Part shown: positions 26,380 to 40,859 of the stretch, piece after piece
Position numbering within the stretch: the first letter of the stretch is position 1
Layout of the letters: every line of letters begins with the position of its first letter
Origin: Lama glama
Taxonomy: Eukaryota
DNA: 64,000 bases
Direction: 5' to 3'
NCBI GenBank assembly: GCA_028534125.1
Contig: CM052839.1
Location: 33,914,001 to 33,978,000, forward strand
The notes under the pieces: model-generated
What the model saw: only the letters and a program-made list of their open reading frames with translations
Told to the model about the DNA's origin: nothing
Database searches by the model: none
Translations under genes and position numbers: made by a program

Positions 26380-27520
26380 CTATATACTAGAGAAACTTAG
26401 GTGGATAAGACACGCCGTGTCACTAAAGCCATTACCCTCCAAAGGGATATCAGACACATAGCAGCCAGTGACAGTGCCATAGTACAAAGTACCAAGGGAA
26501 CCTAGACAAAGAGAAAATACTTTGCAGAACAAGTGACATTCAGGGTCAGCCTTGAAGGATGAGTTGATTCCAATAAGCAGCATTGGAACAGGAGAACACT
26601 GTAGGCAGGCTAGAAAACATAATGGCAGGAATAAAAGCAAGTGACAATATATACAAGACCTTGTGGTAGCTCACAGCAAAAAAGAAGGCGACAATGAATA
26701 TATGTATGTTCATGTATAACTGAAAAATTGTGCTCTACACTGGAAGTTGACACAACATTGTAAACTGACTATAACTCAATTTAAAAAATGTCTAAAAAAC
26801 TAAATTAAATTTTAAAAAAAGCAAGTGACGATAGGAAGTACCTTTGGGGAATTGTGAGAAGCTATGATTAGAAAATGACACATGGTCAGAGAATGAAAGG
26901 AAGTATCACTAGGAAAAATGTCTTGAATGCCATGTTTAAGACTTTACAATTTATTCCATAGACAGTGGAAAGTGTCTATAACATTGTGAGAAGGAGGAGA
27001 TAATGATCTGATAACTCTGATGATATGAAAAATAGCTCTGAAAAACAGGTAGGGATACTAGTGATGAGATTTATAGCAATGGTCTGGGTGAGAAATAACA
27101 AGACCTTTAATGTAAGAACACTCTGAATGGAGAGTAGGGATTCTAGCATAAACAAAGGCAGGAGGAAGAACAGAGTTAGGGGATAAGGTGAGTTCTATTT
27201 TGGACATGTTTATGATGAACTATCTTCAAGGGAAGATACGCAGATATATTTAGAAATGTCACCTTGGAAAATAGAAAAAGAGAAAGTTGAAGGCACAGGG
27301 TTATGGATTTGGGCGTTATCAGCAAATAACTGACAGTAGAAACCATGGAACTAAACGAGATCACCCAGGTTAAGAGTATAAACCAGGAACTTTAGAATCA
27401 TGAAAACAGAATATGTATATTTAAATGCTAGAAGAAAATGGTGAGCCAGATAATAATTTACAAGAATAATACTTAGGGAAACAAGAAAAGTAAGGTCATG
27501 GAAGACAAAGGAGATGTTTC
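26380..27520 (-). mobile_element. L2 remnant (hosts the L1 insertion at 26646)
   Basis: gagttctattttggacatgtt and related L2 motifs. Confidence 0.55.
26646..26816 (+). mobile_element. 5'-truncated L1 3'-end insertion inside L2
   Basis: A-rich tail; 13-bp TSD aaaagcaagtgac (26633-26645, 26817-26829); same family as 693-788. Confidence 0.85.
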
Positions 27521-29749
27521 TGGGTTGGGTCTGAAGTGACGAATATAATTTCTGCCTATATTCCATTAGTCAGAACTCAGTCATATGATCCCACTTGAAT
27601 GTGAACACAAGGTTCCTGGCAAAGTAACTGCTTCCCAACAACTCTTGACTGTGGAAAGGAGCACAAGCCTAGATAGCTCTCCATCTCTGCCCCGTAATTC
27701 CACCCTCATTCAATCGCCCTAAATAATTTCCTACGTTTACTTCTATAATCAAAGACATTCCACAGCAACACACGTTATTTCTGCCCACATTGGAAAACAG
27801 ATAGGATAAGCTTTAGATTATAAGCAGTTCCTCGCCAGCTGGCTGTACCTATACATTTTATCACATCTGAGCACCGCATAGAAGGGTATCAAAACACTTA
27901 AGTGTTGTTTCCCTGAAACCCTGAAGTGTTGTGTATCCAGTTTGTCATCACAAGAGCTGGTGAAATCTGTGTGACTACACATTAGTGACTGTGACTAGAA
28001 CAATGGAGAAGACATCCTTGCTGGAAATACTTGAGTCCATGTGTTAGTATGTTTCAGTACTACAAATAGAAACTTTAAGATTAACTATCTCCCTGGGTGC
28101 TAAGTGAAAATCTATTAGAAAAACAGACATAGCTCCATTGTATATTTGTGTAAAACAGCTGTTACCCAACTTCCAAACTGTTCAGTGGTTAGAGGGTAGA
28201 GATGGTGATTCTTGCCTTAGAAAGGGTTTTTTGTCTTAAAGACTCTGTAACCCTGAACTCTTGAGGCATAGGGAAACAGGGACACCAGGTCAGGGTAGCT
28301 CCTCACTGTCTCATCATTTGTAGTTACCCAAGTGTGAGTACCACTTGTCTCCAGCAATCCATATTGAGGGGCTGCTGATGCCTGAAAGTGGAGTGGAGGT
28401 TGTATCTACTCTCGACTGTTCTGGATACTACCTTCTATGCCTTTTGTCAAAGCATGTATGTCCAGGCGAGGGGACAGTGCTGGGGGAAGAGTCTTCCTCT
28501 GACATGTGATTGACTCTCTCCTAAAATATCTCAGAGCAGGTATATCTTGAATATAAGGCTTATATCCTCCTAGACCTCTGATCTACATGGGAATTTTATA
28601 TTACTCCTGTTAGCTTAACTTTTACCTTATTTCTTGAGACCAGTTAGCTCTTTCCTTATCCCCACTCTGCCTGAAGTTACACTACCAGGTTTTCCTGCAG
28701 TGACTAACAGTGAATGGTACCCATATATGGATTTCCCTCTTGGCTGTAAAGGTAGTGGGGTTATGTGTGGAGAGGCAAAGACTTCAGTTTAGGATATCAC
28801 ATTTCACCTGGCTGCACACATTAAAGATTAAAGGTCTATTTGAGCACACAGTCATCTTCTAATATGTTTAAAATCTTGGATGGTTAATGTACATTCCTTT
28901 AGTATAGCACAGTGCTATTTACTACGGAGGATATAAAAGAAATGTAAAGTACATTTCATGGAATATCTCTCACTTACTTCTCACCAAAGTCCTGAAAGAT
29001 AGGTATTACTATCCCTGTCTTACAGAAAGATTAAAAAGCTTGTCCAAGGTTACAGCTTGTAAGGGACAGAACTGGGGTTTGAACATAGATCTATCTGATT
29101 TTGTTTCAGAGGTGAGGAGGCAGCACTGTGAAAGCAGATGGGGAGTCTGCAGGGTAACTGAATCACAAGGTGACCTCATTATATAAGCTATGGGGAAATA
29201 CTTCTTTTGCCCTCGCCACTGCCATCCCCCATATGTGTCTTTATAACCTATGTGAACCCACATTAAAGCTGGTTTTGATTACCATCATCTTTAATTATAG
29301 AGGGAAAAAAACACAGTTGTGTTCAATGATGCCTAAAATGTCACATTGACTAGAGCTGTCTCTGTTTCTTAACTACTCTCTCCCAAAATGCTAATCAAAA
29401 AGTGTCAAAATTAACAGTTATTGATTTTAATTAGAAGAATTCAGAGTATATACTATGAAAATGAATATGTTATTCTTTACATTGGCCAACTTTTTCATAT
29501 AAACTTGCCCAGAAGTGAAGAACAAGTTGCTAATCTTGTCAGCATGGTTATGGAACTAGGTTTCAGAAGACTTTGGGTTCTCACCTCATCTCTTTTACAT
29601 CTTAGTCATATGAGCTGGGATCTGTCCTTCAATCCTGCTGAGCCTCAGTCAATCTCCTGCCATATTAGGAGGAATATTTACTCCTTTACCTATAAGTGTT
29701 CTAGTATTTTGAAAACCAAAAGGTAATGTACAAATGTGTAAGGTATTAT

Positions 29750-30900
29750 TATTCATTTATTCTGCAACTATGTACTTCTATTAGCTAGGGGTACATGTGT
29801 GAAAAAATATGGCTTCTAGCCCAGGGCAGTCTAGTAGGAAGACTAACATGCAGACAGAGAGAGTGTGCTGCAGTCGGGGCTGTGATGGAGCTATGGAGCT
29901 ATGTGCCAAGGACAAGTACCAAAAGGAAGGAACCCCTCACTCTGTCTGGGGTGGCAGGTACCAGGGAAGGCATCACAGAGGAGAGATGGTGTGAACTGAG
30001 ACTTAAAGAATGAGAAATAGTTTGCCCAATGAACTAAATGGAGAAGAGAATTCCAGGCAGAAGGAAAGCATGTTTGCAACCCTAGAATAATTTACTTTGT
30101 CTGGAATTAAAAGTACAAGATAAGGAGGTAAAGACAGACAAATGGATAAGTGACAAATTAGGGAGAGTCTTTGAACACCATGCTAAGGATTATGTATAGG
30201 AGGAAATATAAAGCCATTGAAGAATTTTTTTTTATTGAGGCCATGCTTGCCAATCATGGAAGAATTTTGAGGAGAATTTTTTGCTCAGGTTTCTGCGGTG
30301 TAGATTATTGGCATGGGCCAGGAAGAAGGCAGTGGAGAGAATGAGGCTCTTGAAATTATCCAGGAGAGAAAGTGTAAAGGGAGGAGAAAAACAACCGCTA
30401 GGTTTTACGCCTGAGTGACTGGAAATATTTTTTTTTAAAATAAAAGAGTCTTAAGGGGATTTAGTTTTGAGGGAATGCTTCAACTTCAAAAAGTGCCGTC
30501 TGACAGGTCATTTTGGAGGGAGAGGGATCCAGCAGGCAGCTAGAGAAGCAAAAAGAGATCTCAGTGCTGGAGAAGTCATTGTGGGAGCCGTTCACATCGA
30601 AATGAGAGTTGAAGCCAGGAGTCCAGGCGAGAGCTACCTAGGGAAGAAGAGTGAATGGGGAATAAAGCAAAGAAGTTATGTAACTGAAGGAAATGGAGCG
30701 AAAAGGACTAAGGCAGTGTCACAAATGTTGAGAAAAGAGATAGTTTCCAGGGAAACAGGAAGACTAATGCTAGAGGGAGAAAATAAAAGGAGGGAAAAAA
30801 GATCAAAGGTTAAAAGAAAACCAATTAAGAGGCTACTACGGATCTTGGAGAATGGTGAGGCTAGGAGTCAAAAGGAATAAGGTTCAGGAGTGAGCAGATA
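29750..30900 (-). mobile_element. L2 remnant
   Basis: gaactgagacttaaagaatgag...gagaattccaggcagaagga...ccatgctaagga...agccattgaagaatttt. Confidence 0.6.
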
Positions 30901-32639
30901 ATAAGCAAAGTAGAAATAAATGCAGGCAAGTTCGCATATAGACACATTCAGACTATAGGTTAGCCTGTGGCATTGTATTTTGTCAGAACAGTAAAACACA
31001 AATGGAAATGGCAGCCCTCAGTGTAAATTGCTATTTTACTTTTAGCGTCCTGAACACCGTAAGCTTTGAGGCCAGTGAACTGATCAGAATCGTTCTTTTA
31101 TGAACAATGTAATATGCCTGAACCCAAAAAGAAATGAACTACAGTTGTCACCTTCCGCTTTTCCTTGACCTGTATGGTTTGCAGTTTCTCCTCGGTGCCT
31201 GATCAACAACAGCAAAAGCAAAGTGTCGTCTGGAGCTGCAAAAATGCCTCCTAGAGAAATGCAAGCGTCTTACCGGGTGTCTTAGTTAACGGTAGTAAAG
31301 TGAAAGCACTTGGGCAGTCAGTTCTGTGTTTAACTGAAAATCCATGTCCTTGTCAGACATGAGCTTTTTCCTTAATCCTGCTGGGCATGGATTCTCATTA
31401 GAGGCCTGAAGCATAAGTAGTGGATCAGAGGCCTGTATTCATGAGTTCTAGTCACTGTGCACAGTCATGGATGAGTCACTTAAAGTAATAATTCCTACAC
31501 CAGGGAGGAGACAATAATTTCATTGTTAATAAGTGGATCGGATTTTGAGAACTTGAGATAGGGCATTTTATAAATGGTTCTCATTAACTTCTAACTTGCC
31601 TGTGCTCTATTAAAGTAGTCTACCGACTACTTTGGGATATATAAAGGAATATATAAAGGGTTATATTTCAAGGATATATAAAAGCTCGGTAGCAATTTCT
31701 AGATTTTGTGAGTGTGAAACAACCCTGGGCTTACACCTTCTGATGAGACTGATGATTCTATGCAGGGTACAGTTGTCTGAGACATTGTCTCAATTACATA
31801 AGTCTCTTTCCTTTACGGTTAATCTTACCCAGTCAAATAAAGTGACCTGGTATCCACTAGAATTCAGAAATTCTGTGAAGCTGAAGATCAGAAGATGGTA
31901 GAATTTCTTTTTAAAGTTTTACAGAAATGAAATCTGAGATGATTCCTATTAGGATGGGAGCTGTCCCATCTCCTGTATTCCAAGTTCTTTACTGAAGCTA
32001 TGGAAGGAAGGAAGAGAAGAAGGAAGGGAGGGAGGGAGGAAGAAAAAAGTGTAACATTTGTTTTTCAGACTTTAGTATAACATATCTTCAAATGTTGAGC
32101 CTGGCAGAGTAGCCAGTGTTAAATATGAGAGAAAATCGCCCAGTAGACATTTGGGCCTCCTTTAAAGAAAGTGTCACTGACAAAAATTCACTTGCTGTTT
32201 TTCCTTCTTTTGATTAATTCATTAGGCTTGAAACTGGAATAAGGTTTCATTTCCCTTCTCTATGACTCTCCAAGTGAAAGGAGTAAAAGAGTTGTGTTAT
32301 CAGTAGCATAAATACCGGTGCTGACACTAAGGTGGTAGGGAGTATAGAGACAGTGCTGAGTGTCCATGATTCCTACAGGCTACAGTAAATGTGGTAAGAA
32401 GGCACATCCCAAAGCTGATCCAGTGTCCTTTTTTTGATGCCCAATTTTCTCTTGCTTCCAAAAAATTTTATTGAGAATTTTTATGTGCAGTACACCACAT
32501 ATGACACTATGGAGACTATAAGTAACTCAAGGTCTCTATCATAAATGGAAATAAAAATATACTCCACAGCCCTGTGCATACACACATATCTTACATACAT
32601 ATATGCATACATACATCCACACGTATAAGAGTATATCAT

Positions 32640-32930
32640 CATTAGGATGCTTTGAATTGGAAGAAATGGAAAACACCAACTTAAATGGATTAAACAATAA
32701 AGACATTTGTCACATCATGTAACAAGTAGTCCAAACTTAGGGCAGCTTCTGATTCTGTACAGTCAGGGCTCAGGCTCTCCTTTTCAGCAGTTTCTCTTAG
32801 CTTCGTCTTTCTGTTAACTTTGTCTTCAGGCCAGCTGACCACACAATTACAAGAGGGCTGTGGCAGCTCTGGCATCATGGGCAGATCAGACAACATGCAG
32901 AGGCAGAGAAAGGGTTTCTCTTTCATGAAT
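32640..32930 (-). mobile_element. MLT1-type (ERVL-MaLR) solo LTR fragment
   Basis: ttaggatgctttg...aacttaaatggattaaacaataaag...ggctgtggcagctctggcatcat. Confidence 0.6.
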
Positions 32931-33668
32931 AGACTGGAGATCTGTTAACAAGGAGATGGGGATGGGGAATGGGTACTATCAGGAAACCTACAGTCTAGTA
33001 GAGGAGCGAACATGTAACTGTGGTAGATACTCTACTAAAGGTATATACAACCTGTGATGTTAGTACTCCTTGGCTGGGAGAAAATGTTAGAGCGGAGAGA
33101 GTCTTGGTAGAGGCTGATCAGGAAAAAAACTTCACATGGGGACGAGGTTGTTAATCCAGTTTGGGACACATTGAATCTGAGGCACTATGAGACCTCTAGG
33201 TAGAGAAGTCCAGTAGACAGTTGGATGTATGTTGATCTAAGGCTGAGAAGTCTAGATAGAGACAAAGATAATGGGAATTAGCTGGTGGCAAAGGCTCTGA
33301 GGATGGATGAACTAATCCAGAGGACAGACTAGGGCCAAAAATGAGATCCTGAGGAAATAACACTGACATTTAAAGTAGGGGTGAAATAAGAGGAGCTGAC
33401 AGAGACAGAAAATAAAATGAATCTTTCAATGCCATCTGTGTGTGGGACGGGTGTAAGCCAACTAGAAATGACATTTTGTGATATTCACACATGTGATTTG
33501 GGTAAAGGACTGGTAAAAGCTAGGAACCTTTCAGTACCCATTATTTACCCAGTAGCAGGTGCCCTTCTGTAAGAAACTGGTTGAATGAGACGGTTTTGCT
33601 GGCGGTATGGCTAGATAGACCTGAACAGTCCTCTACCCAAAGAAGAACTGAGGCATTAGAATTTCTAA

Positions 33669-34004
<336 letters not shown>

Positions 34005-35199
34005 TAGGCTGTCCAGGAAATTACATGTATAATCATTTATGTAAGAAGCATACACACATGTACTTGTGTACTCCATATATCACCTCCCATCTCCTGAAAA
34101 TAGTCATGTAGTAGCATTAGTTGCAGGTTTTTCGTAATTTCTTAAAAAAAAAAATCACTGAGAGCAGTTTTGTTACTTGTTTTAGTGAAGATTTTAATAT
34201 TCCTAGTGCTGTGATTTCCAAACTGTTGATCTAGAACCAACCATAACCTTCCTTTGAGCTACTTCCCCCATTCTCTCTTCAAATTTTAATTCCATCTTTT
34301 CTTTCAGTAGTTTTAAAACTTTTAAGAACTCTAAGCATCAGCTTCCCTCTCTCAACATTCACAGGGCCAGGATGGAGGACCCAGAAGAGGGCATGTAATT
34401 CATCTGTTTGTGCTTGGATGCATTCATTTGTTTATTCACTGCTTACTGAGACGTTTTACTAAGTACTGGGGACATAAAACCAAAAAAGATACAGCCCCTA
34501 ATTTCAAGAAATTTATAGTCTAGATAGCAGTTGTGGGGTAAAGCACAAAAGTTGAGGAAATTTGTTCTCCTGACTTTTCTAGCCCGTAGTCTGCTATTGC
34601 ATCTGCTTCCTCCAATTCCTACAGTCTCTTCAGACCACTTCTGCTGACGCAGGATCGAGAAAAACAGGACTTCCCCCAGGAGATACTGTTAAAGATAAAA
34701 TGGTTTTCTTCAGAGAGAAAAATGGCATTAAGGGCAACTTCAAGAGCCTAGCAAATTCTTCCCAGTGTATAAGCACACAGCCAGAAAAGCCTGTTCCCCA
34801 GATGGGCAGAAGTGAAACCCACAGTGACAGGTCCTTTATTTGAATCATAATTGTCTTATCTAACAAATTACTGTACCAAAAATGACCTTACCCAGTGACC
34901 TTAATGGGAGCAGAGTGCTACTAAAATAGCAGACAAGGTGTTTCATTCCAATTTCAAGTGGACCAAAAAATATCCGCCACTTCTGCAGACTCTGAGATGA
35001 TTATCCTTCGTTTAGATGGCGAAATAGGTATTAAGTATCACTGCTTTAAATGCTTAAGCTTTTAGCATCACTCTCTGCCTAGGATCAAATGCAAAGAAAT
35101 TGATGCCTATCTTTTCTGTACCATAAAATAAATACCACATGAAACAGATAAATGCTATGAGGTTCATTTGACCTGGTGTGATCCAACACACGGAGACCT

Positions 35200-35325
35200 A
35201 CTTTTTTTTTTTTTATGTTCACATGACTTGTTTATTTTATAACTGGAATTTTGTACCTCTTGATCCCTTCACCCATTTCATCCTTCCTTCAACCCTCCTC
35301 TTCGCTGGCAACCACCAGTCTGTCA
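35200..35325 (-). mobile_element. Short L1MA-like 3' fragment
   Basis: Poly-T, then ttataactggaattttgtacctcttgatcccttcaccc...ggcaaccaccagtctg; flanked by agacct(a/g)c. Confidence 0.6.
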
Positions 35326-35844
35326 TGAAGACCTGCCCTTAAACCATACGCTCCTGTCATTGACACAGTTTTATCTTATGTTGCCGTAGACAACATGGTT
35401 GCCTGAGATAAGACTGGCTCCGTGTGTGATTCAGGCCATAAATACCCGGGTGTATAGCATATGGTGATGACATGACTGTGAGCTGAAGAATGTAGATTTG
35501 GACGTGGTTTATCTGATGCTGCTCTTTTCAGGGTCCTATAAACGCACGGGCTCCTTGTTGATAGGCGTTAGCTTCTCCTAGACTGCGAGAATTTTCAGTT
35601 CCTGTCAGCTGAGGGTCATGAAAAGGCAGAGATAGACTGTTTATAACCAGTACCACCAAGAACTTACGGTCAGCAGTGACACAATCCAATTTATATTTCT
35701 TTCCAATGAGTTTTACATTTCCCTTATTTTATCTTTGTTCATAAAACTACATATAATGTCATTAATCACTTTAAAAATTTGAGGTTAAGGGTCCATAATT
35801 CTGAATATTTGGCTGACTATGGAACCCTTGTTTATTCTTTCTGT

Positions 35845-36860
35845 TTTTAACAGCTTTTTGAGGAATAATATTATATACCATAAAATTTACCCATTTTCAG
35901 TATACAAGCCAATGACTTTTCGTATATTTACTGAGTTGTATAATTATTTACCACTATTAGTACATTTCCATCACCCTAAAAATAAACCTTGTGCCCATTT
36001 GAAGTCATTCTCCATGCTTCCCCCAACCGCTGGCAACCACTTATCTACTTTCTATAAGTTTAATTTTTCTGGACATCTCATATAAGTGGAATCATACAAT
36101 ACATGGTCATCTGCTTCTGGGTTCTTCCACTGAGCATGTTTTTAGGGTTTATCCATGTTGTAGTATGTATCAGTACTTGATTCTTTTTTTAATTTTTTTT
36201 AAATTGAAGTATAGTTGATTTATAATGTTGTATTAGTTTCTTGTTATTCCGTCTTATTGCCAAATAATACTCCATTTTGTGGATATACCACATTTGGTTT
36301 ATCCATTCACTGGTTGCACATTTGGGTTGTTTCCAGTTTTTAGCTAATGTTAATAATGCTGCTATGAACTTACCATACAGATTTTTTTCCTCTTCTTCTT
36401 TTTTAAAATAAAATTAGCCATATTGAAGTGAACAACTCAGTAGTATTTAGTACATTTATAATATTAGTATTCAGGTTTTGGTGTGGACATGTTTCTAGTT
36501 CTCTGGTATAATCTAGGAGTAGAAGTGCTAGACGTATAGTAACTCCATCTGTAACATTTTGAGGAGTTGCCAGTCTGTTTTCCAAATGGCTGCACCATTT
36601 TACAATCCTATCAGCAATGTATGAGGGTTCCAGTTTTTTCAAACCCTTGCCAATACTTGCTAGAAATAGTCTTTCTTATTCTAGCCATTTTAGTGGTTAT
36701 GAAATAGTATCTCATAGCTCAGTGGTAGAGTGCATGCTTAGCATGTACGAGGTTCTGGGTTCAATCCCCAGTCCCTCCGTTAAAAAAAAAAGAAGGGAAA
36801 TGGTATCTCATTGTGGTTTTAATTTGTATTTCCCTAATGACCAGTGATGTTTAGTGTTTA
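35845..36860 (-). mobile_element. Old L1 3' region (L1MB-like), antisense
   Basis: ggacatctcatataagtggaatcatacaat, tatccattcac, ggtatctcattgtggttttaatttgtatttccctaatg signatures. Confidence 0.8.
36714..36796 (+). mobile_element. Short tRNA-Ala-derived SINE inserted in an older L1
   Basis: Same head as the 40860 copy, poly-A, 15-bp TSD gaaat(a/g)gtatctcat (36701-36715, 36797-36811). Confidence 0.88.
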
Positions 36861-37434
36861 TAATTCTTTTGTAATCCTCCAACTGCTATTTAGATTGTTT
36901 TTAATCTATGAAAAGAAAGCAAGATATTTGTGAATTATAGCAGAGATATTTCAATCTAGTTTGTAATGCAGGGTATTTTGTTGGATTGGGTCTGGTCACT
37001 AGAGTGCTAATCGGAGTACTGTTGAGATCAGCTCCCTAAATGCTGCCCTCTAAAATATTCCTTTAATTGATCAATCTTCTAACATTTCTTACCAGAACAG
37101 AACTAATGGCCGGGGGGAAAAGTGCTATAAGTAGGAATCTGGAGGGTAGAAGAAAGATCCCTTAACATCAGTTAAAATCATGGGTTCAGGTATAGACTTC
37201 CACTTACCTTAAGCAGTAAATTGGTGGCAATATCTAATTCTCAGGATTGTTACAAGGATCGTGGAAATAAGATATATAAAGGTATATCATAAAATGTAAT
37301 GTACTAGACCTATATCTAATATAAGGTCTAATGATCAGAATTATTAGTAAAAATCTTTCTTGATAAGACAATAATAAGCATAAATTCCAGACAGTAATAT
37401 CACCCTTTCATTTCAGAGGTTACCTAGCATCTCT

Positions 37435-37628
37435 ACAACAGTGATTGGCAAGTATGGCTTTGCAATCCATTTGGTCTTTGTGGAAAGCACTTAACTCTGC
37501 GATTTTAGCTCAAAAACAGAGACAATACAGAAATGAATGAATATGGCCATATTCCAGCAGAACATGATTTATAAAAACTGAGAGAAGGCTGGCTTTGGCA
37601 CCAGACTATAGTTTTCCAACCCCTTCTC
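37435..37628 (+). mobile_element. MER58-like DNA transposon relic
   Basis: aactctgc...aaatgaatgaatatggc...tttataaaaac...tagttttccaacccct. Confidence 0.6.
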
Positions 37629-38689
37629 TACCATGAAAGGCACCATTCCCATTTTTACCAGTATCCTTGTATTATAACCAAACATGGTCATGTGGGTAGT
37701 CAGATAAGAACAGTAAATAATCCATTTGAGATGCTTGGATATCTACACGTGGATCCCTGATAATATAGTTGTAACTAATTTGCCTTAAAGAAGCCTGTTG
37801 GATAAGCCCTAAGGTTAGTTTTTGCCAGGATCTTAAGATACTTGAGCCATATCTAAGATCCCTAAGACAAAATTGCTCTTGTTTCTTCATGCTTTCTCTG
37901 TGTTCTTGAAGTATTCAAAATACTGAACAAGCTTACTGCAGGTTGGTAAACAATGTTAAAAATTTAGATCCTGAAAAAAAATTTTTAGATTCTAACAAAT
38001 ATTTTAAGGAAGGGACTCCATTACCATTTATCTCTGACAAAAAGAGATTCCTTTTGGTGTAAGCAATAGATGAATACTAAAAGATGCTTTCTCTAGTTAT
38101 CTGAATCTGAGGTTCTCTTTAGCAATCTGTCAGCTCAGAATTTAATTAAGGGTTATTTTTGACTTTATTCTGCCTGGTATTAGGATCTGTCTGTCACCTT
38201 TGATGAGTTCAGTTTTAACTGAACTGCAACTCTTTTCTCCCATACCTCATAGGAGCAAAAGGTCAACTCCACCAAGCAGAAGAAATCAGTAGAGCAAGTC
38301 CATCGTACAAGTAAAGCTCATACTCCAAATCTAGAGTCCGCCTCTGTATTTCAGGCTTATTTCCTGTGTATTTATTCCAGCCTCACTGGGACTCTCAGTG
38401 CTGATTTGTGGTCCATTTACTGGACCATTTAATTGAAGTTCATTTACCACGGTCTATTCTTACTCAGCTCCTTTCCCCATTTTTTTCCCCTCTAGCTCTT
38501 AACCAAGTCAACTAACTCAACAAACAGCCTGATTTATCAGTCACTGAAAAAATCAAAGCCATCAAGTGTGACTTCCTTTAACTTCTCTCCTCTTCCTTTT
38601 TCACCAATAAATCAATCTACATCATCATCAGTTCTTACCTCCCTTTTTCTTGTCTCAGGAAGAAATACCCCTATTCCTCTTTTTTCCTA

Positions 38690-39540
38690 ATCTTACTATG
38701 AAATATTTCAAACATACAGGAAAGCACAGAAATTGGATAATCAGATACTATCGGCCCGATTTAAAAAGATTTTTACACATTTCCTTCAAGTCTTTTTCTT
38801 TATTTTAAAGAAATTAAAATGTAACAAATACAATAGGAGCCCCCTTTATATCCCTTTCTTATGCCATTTCTCTCCCATCCCAGAGATAATTTCTACCCTT
38901 ATTAAGTTAGCATGTGTTCTTCTCATCCATATGTTGTTCTTCACTAACATAGGTGTGTATTCACACACACAAACACACACACACACACACACACTTCTGA
39001 GCCTTACTCCTAGAGATTATCATTCATTGTTCTGGAGTAAAACCCAGGGATTTTTTTTCCCCCAAATTCATATACTGTGTTTCTTAGAGCAATTTTGGGT
39101 TTACAGAAAAATTTAACAGAAAATACAAATATTTCCCATTTAGTCACTCCCCCACTGTTATGTATGTGAAGTCCATAGCTTACATTAGCGTTTATGCTTT
39201 GTGTTAATGCAGTTCTGTAGATTTTGCCAAATGCATAGAATTACGTATTCACCATTACAGTATCATACAGAATAGTTTCACTGCCCTTAAAATCCCAAAG
39301 CTATCAAAAGTACTCCTTGCTAACTCTCCAGAATTGGCAAATGTATCCAGGGGAAAAGCAACTCTAAACTGCTCTCCTGGGCTCTAGCCTATACTGGATC
39401 CTGGCCCAGTAATTATTTAACTTGTTAGTCTTCCCATGTCTTCAAGGAGAATTTTTTTTTTAATTTTATACAGCTTCTCCTAGCTGTCCTTAGCAGGAAT
39501 GTTTGTCCAAATTACCTATATCCACCATTATGAGATGTGG
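38690..39540 (-). mobile_element. Old L1 3' fragments with an internal (CA)n
   Basis: tatgaaatatttcaaacatacag; attacagtatcatacagaatagtttcactgccc. Confidence 0.55.
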
Positions 39541-40859
39541 AAATCCAACCAAGTCCCCTGGAGCAAAAATTATGACTCATTATTCTGGAAACATCCACTT
39601 TTTCTCTAAACATCTTAGGCTTTCTCTTTTAAAGTTCCTCTGGTACTCTTAAATGACTGGAATTGTATCACATAGAAAAAACAGGCAGTCTACATTCAGG
39701 AATGCAAAATCCAAACTTGTAGACCATGAGCAGACGAGTAAGTTGTTCCATCCTTCGGAGAAGTTAAATATGGCATTTTCTGAACTCCCTCTGATGCCAG
39801 ACACCTTGAGCCAAAGGAAAATTGCCATGTTCTTTAATAAACATTGATCCAGCATTATTCTTCCCTAAGATAATATTCACAGTACTTCTCTGGATTAAAT
39901 GACCATATCCAAGGAATCCCATTTAAGTCAGTGCTCAAGAGAACGTTGACTATTACGGTTCTACTCATAGCTTTACTTTATAAATTTTATAGTTGAAAGG
40001 AAGTAAATAATGCTTAGTTAAAATCGTAAGAGTAAAGCCATAGAAGTAGATCAGATTTTCTAGGATAAAAAAGGACAGTTTTGGGAAGAGGCCCAAGAAT
40101 GGAAAATGGTTTGGGATTAAAGGTAAAGGGAGAAGTCAGAAATGAGCTACTTTGTCTATTCTAGTTGCTGCTTTCCCAGCTAAGATTTTAGAATTACCAG
40201 CAGACTGGCACCAGCCCCAGGCCCCTAGGCTGTGCAGACAGCCATGCAGTCCCAGCCCCACCCACCAGTGGACAAGTAGCAGCCCCTCATCCACCCTGAG
40301 CCACACAGCTAATCACACAGGAAGCCTATTTTACCTTCCAGTAGCCTGCAGCCACTGCATGAGCTAAGACCTTGCAGCCAACCAGTCTGGGGATCCAGTC
40401 CCACCTGCCAGTGCACCCACAGTAATCAGCGCTGCCACAGCAAAAGGGCACATGCAGCCCACATGGGGTGCCCTTAGAACATATAGCTCTGGTGACCAGA
40501 GGAGAATATGCTGCAGGGCCCCAAGGCCATTTCCTACATAAAGCCACTTTTCTAAGATCAGAAAATGTAAGTGCTCTACCTATTAGAGAAATGAACACAG
40601 AGAATTGAGGAAAATGAGGAGACAAAAGAATAAGACATGGCCTCAGAAAAATAACTATATGAAGTAGAAATAAGAAGTGGACCTATTAAAGAGTTCAAGG
40701 TAATGCTCATAAAGGTGCTCACTGAATTTGGGAGAAGAATGGATTAATACAGGGATAATTTCAACAAAGACTTAGAAAATACAAGAAGAGCTAAACAGAG
40801 CTGAAGAATACAATAACTGAAATTAAAAGTACTCGAGAAGAAATCAGCAGATTAGATGA

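Noticed and set aside
35464-35520. Box C/D snoRNA-like pattern (GTGATGA ... CTGA ... CTGA)
   Set aside because: Only 53 nt from box C to box D, terminal stem offset, no clear C' box and no recognisable rRNA or snRNA antisense element; likely chance.
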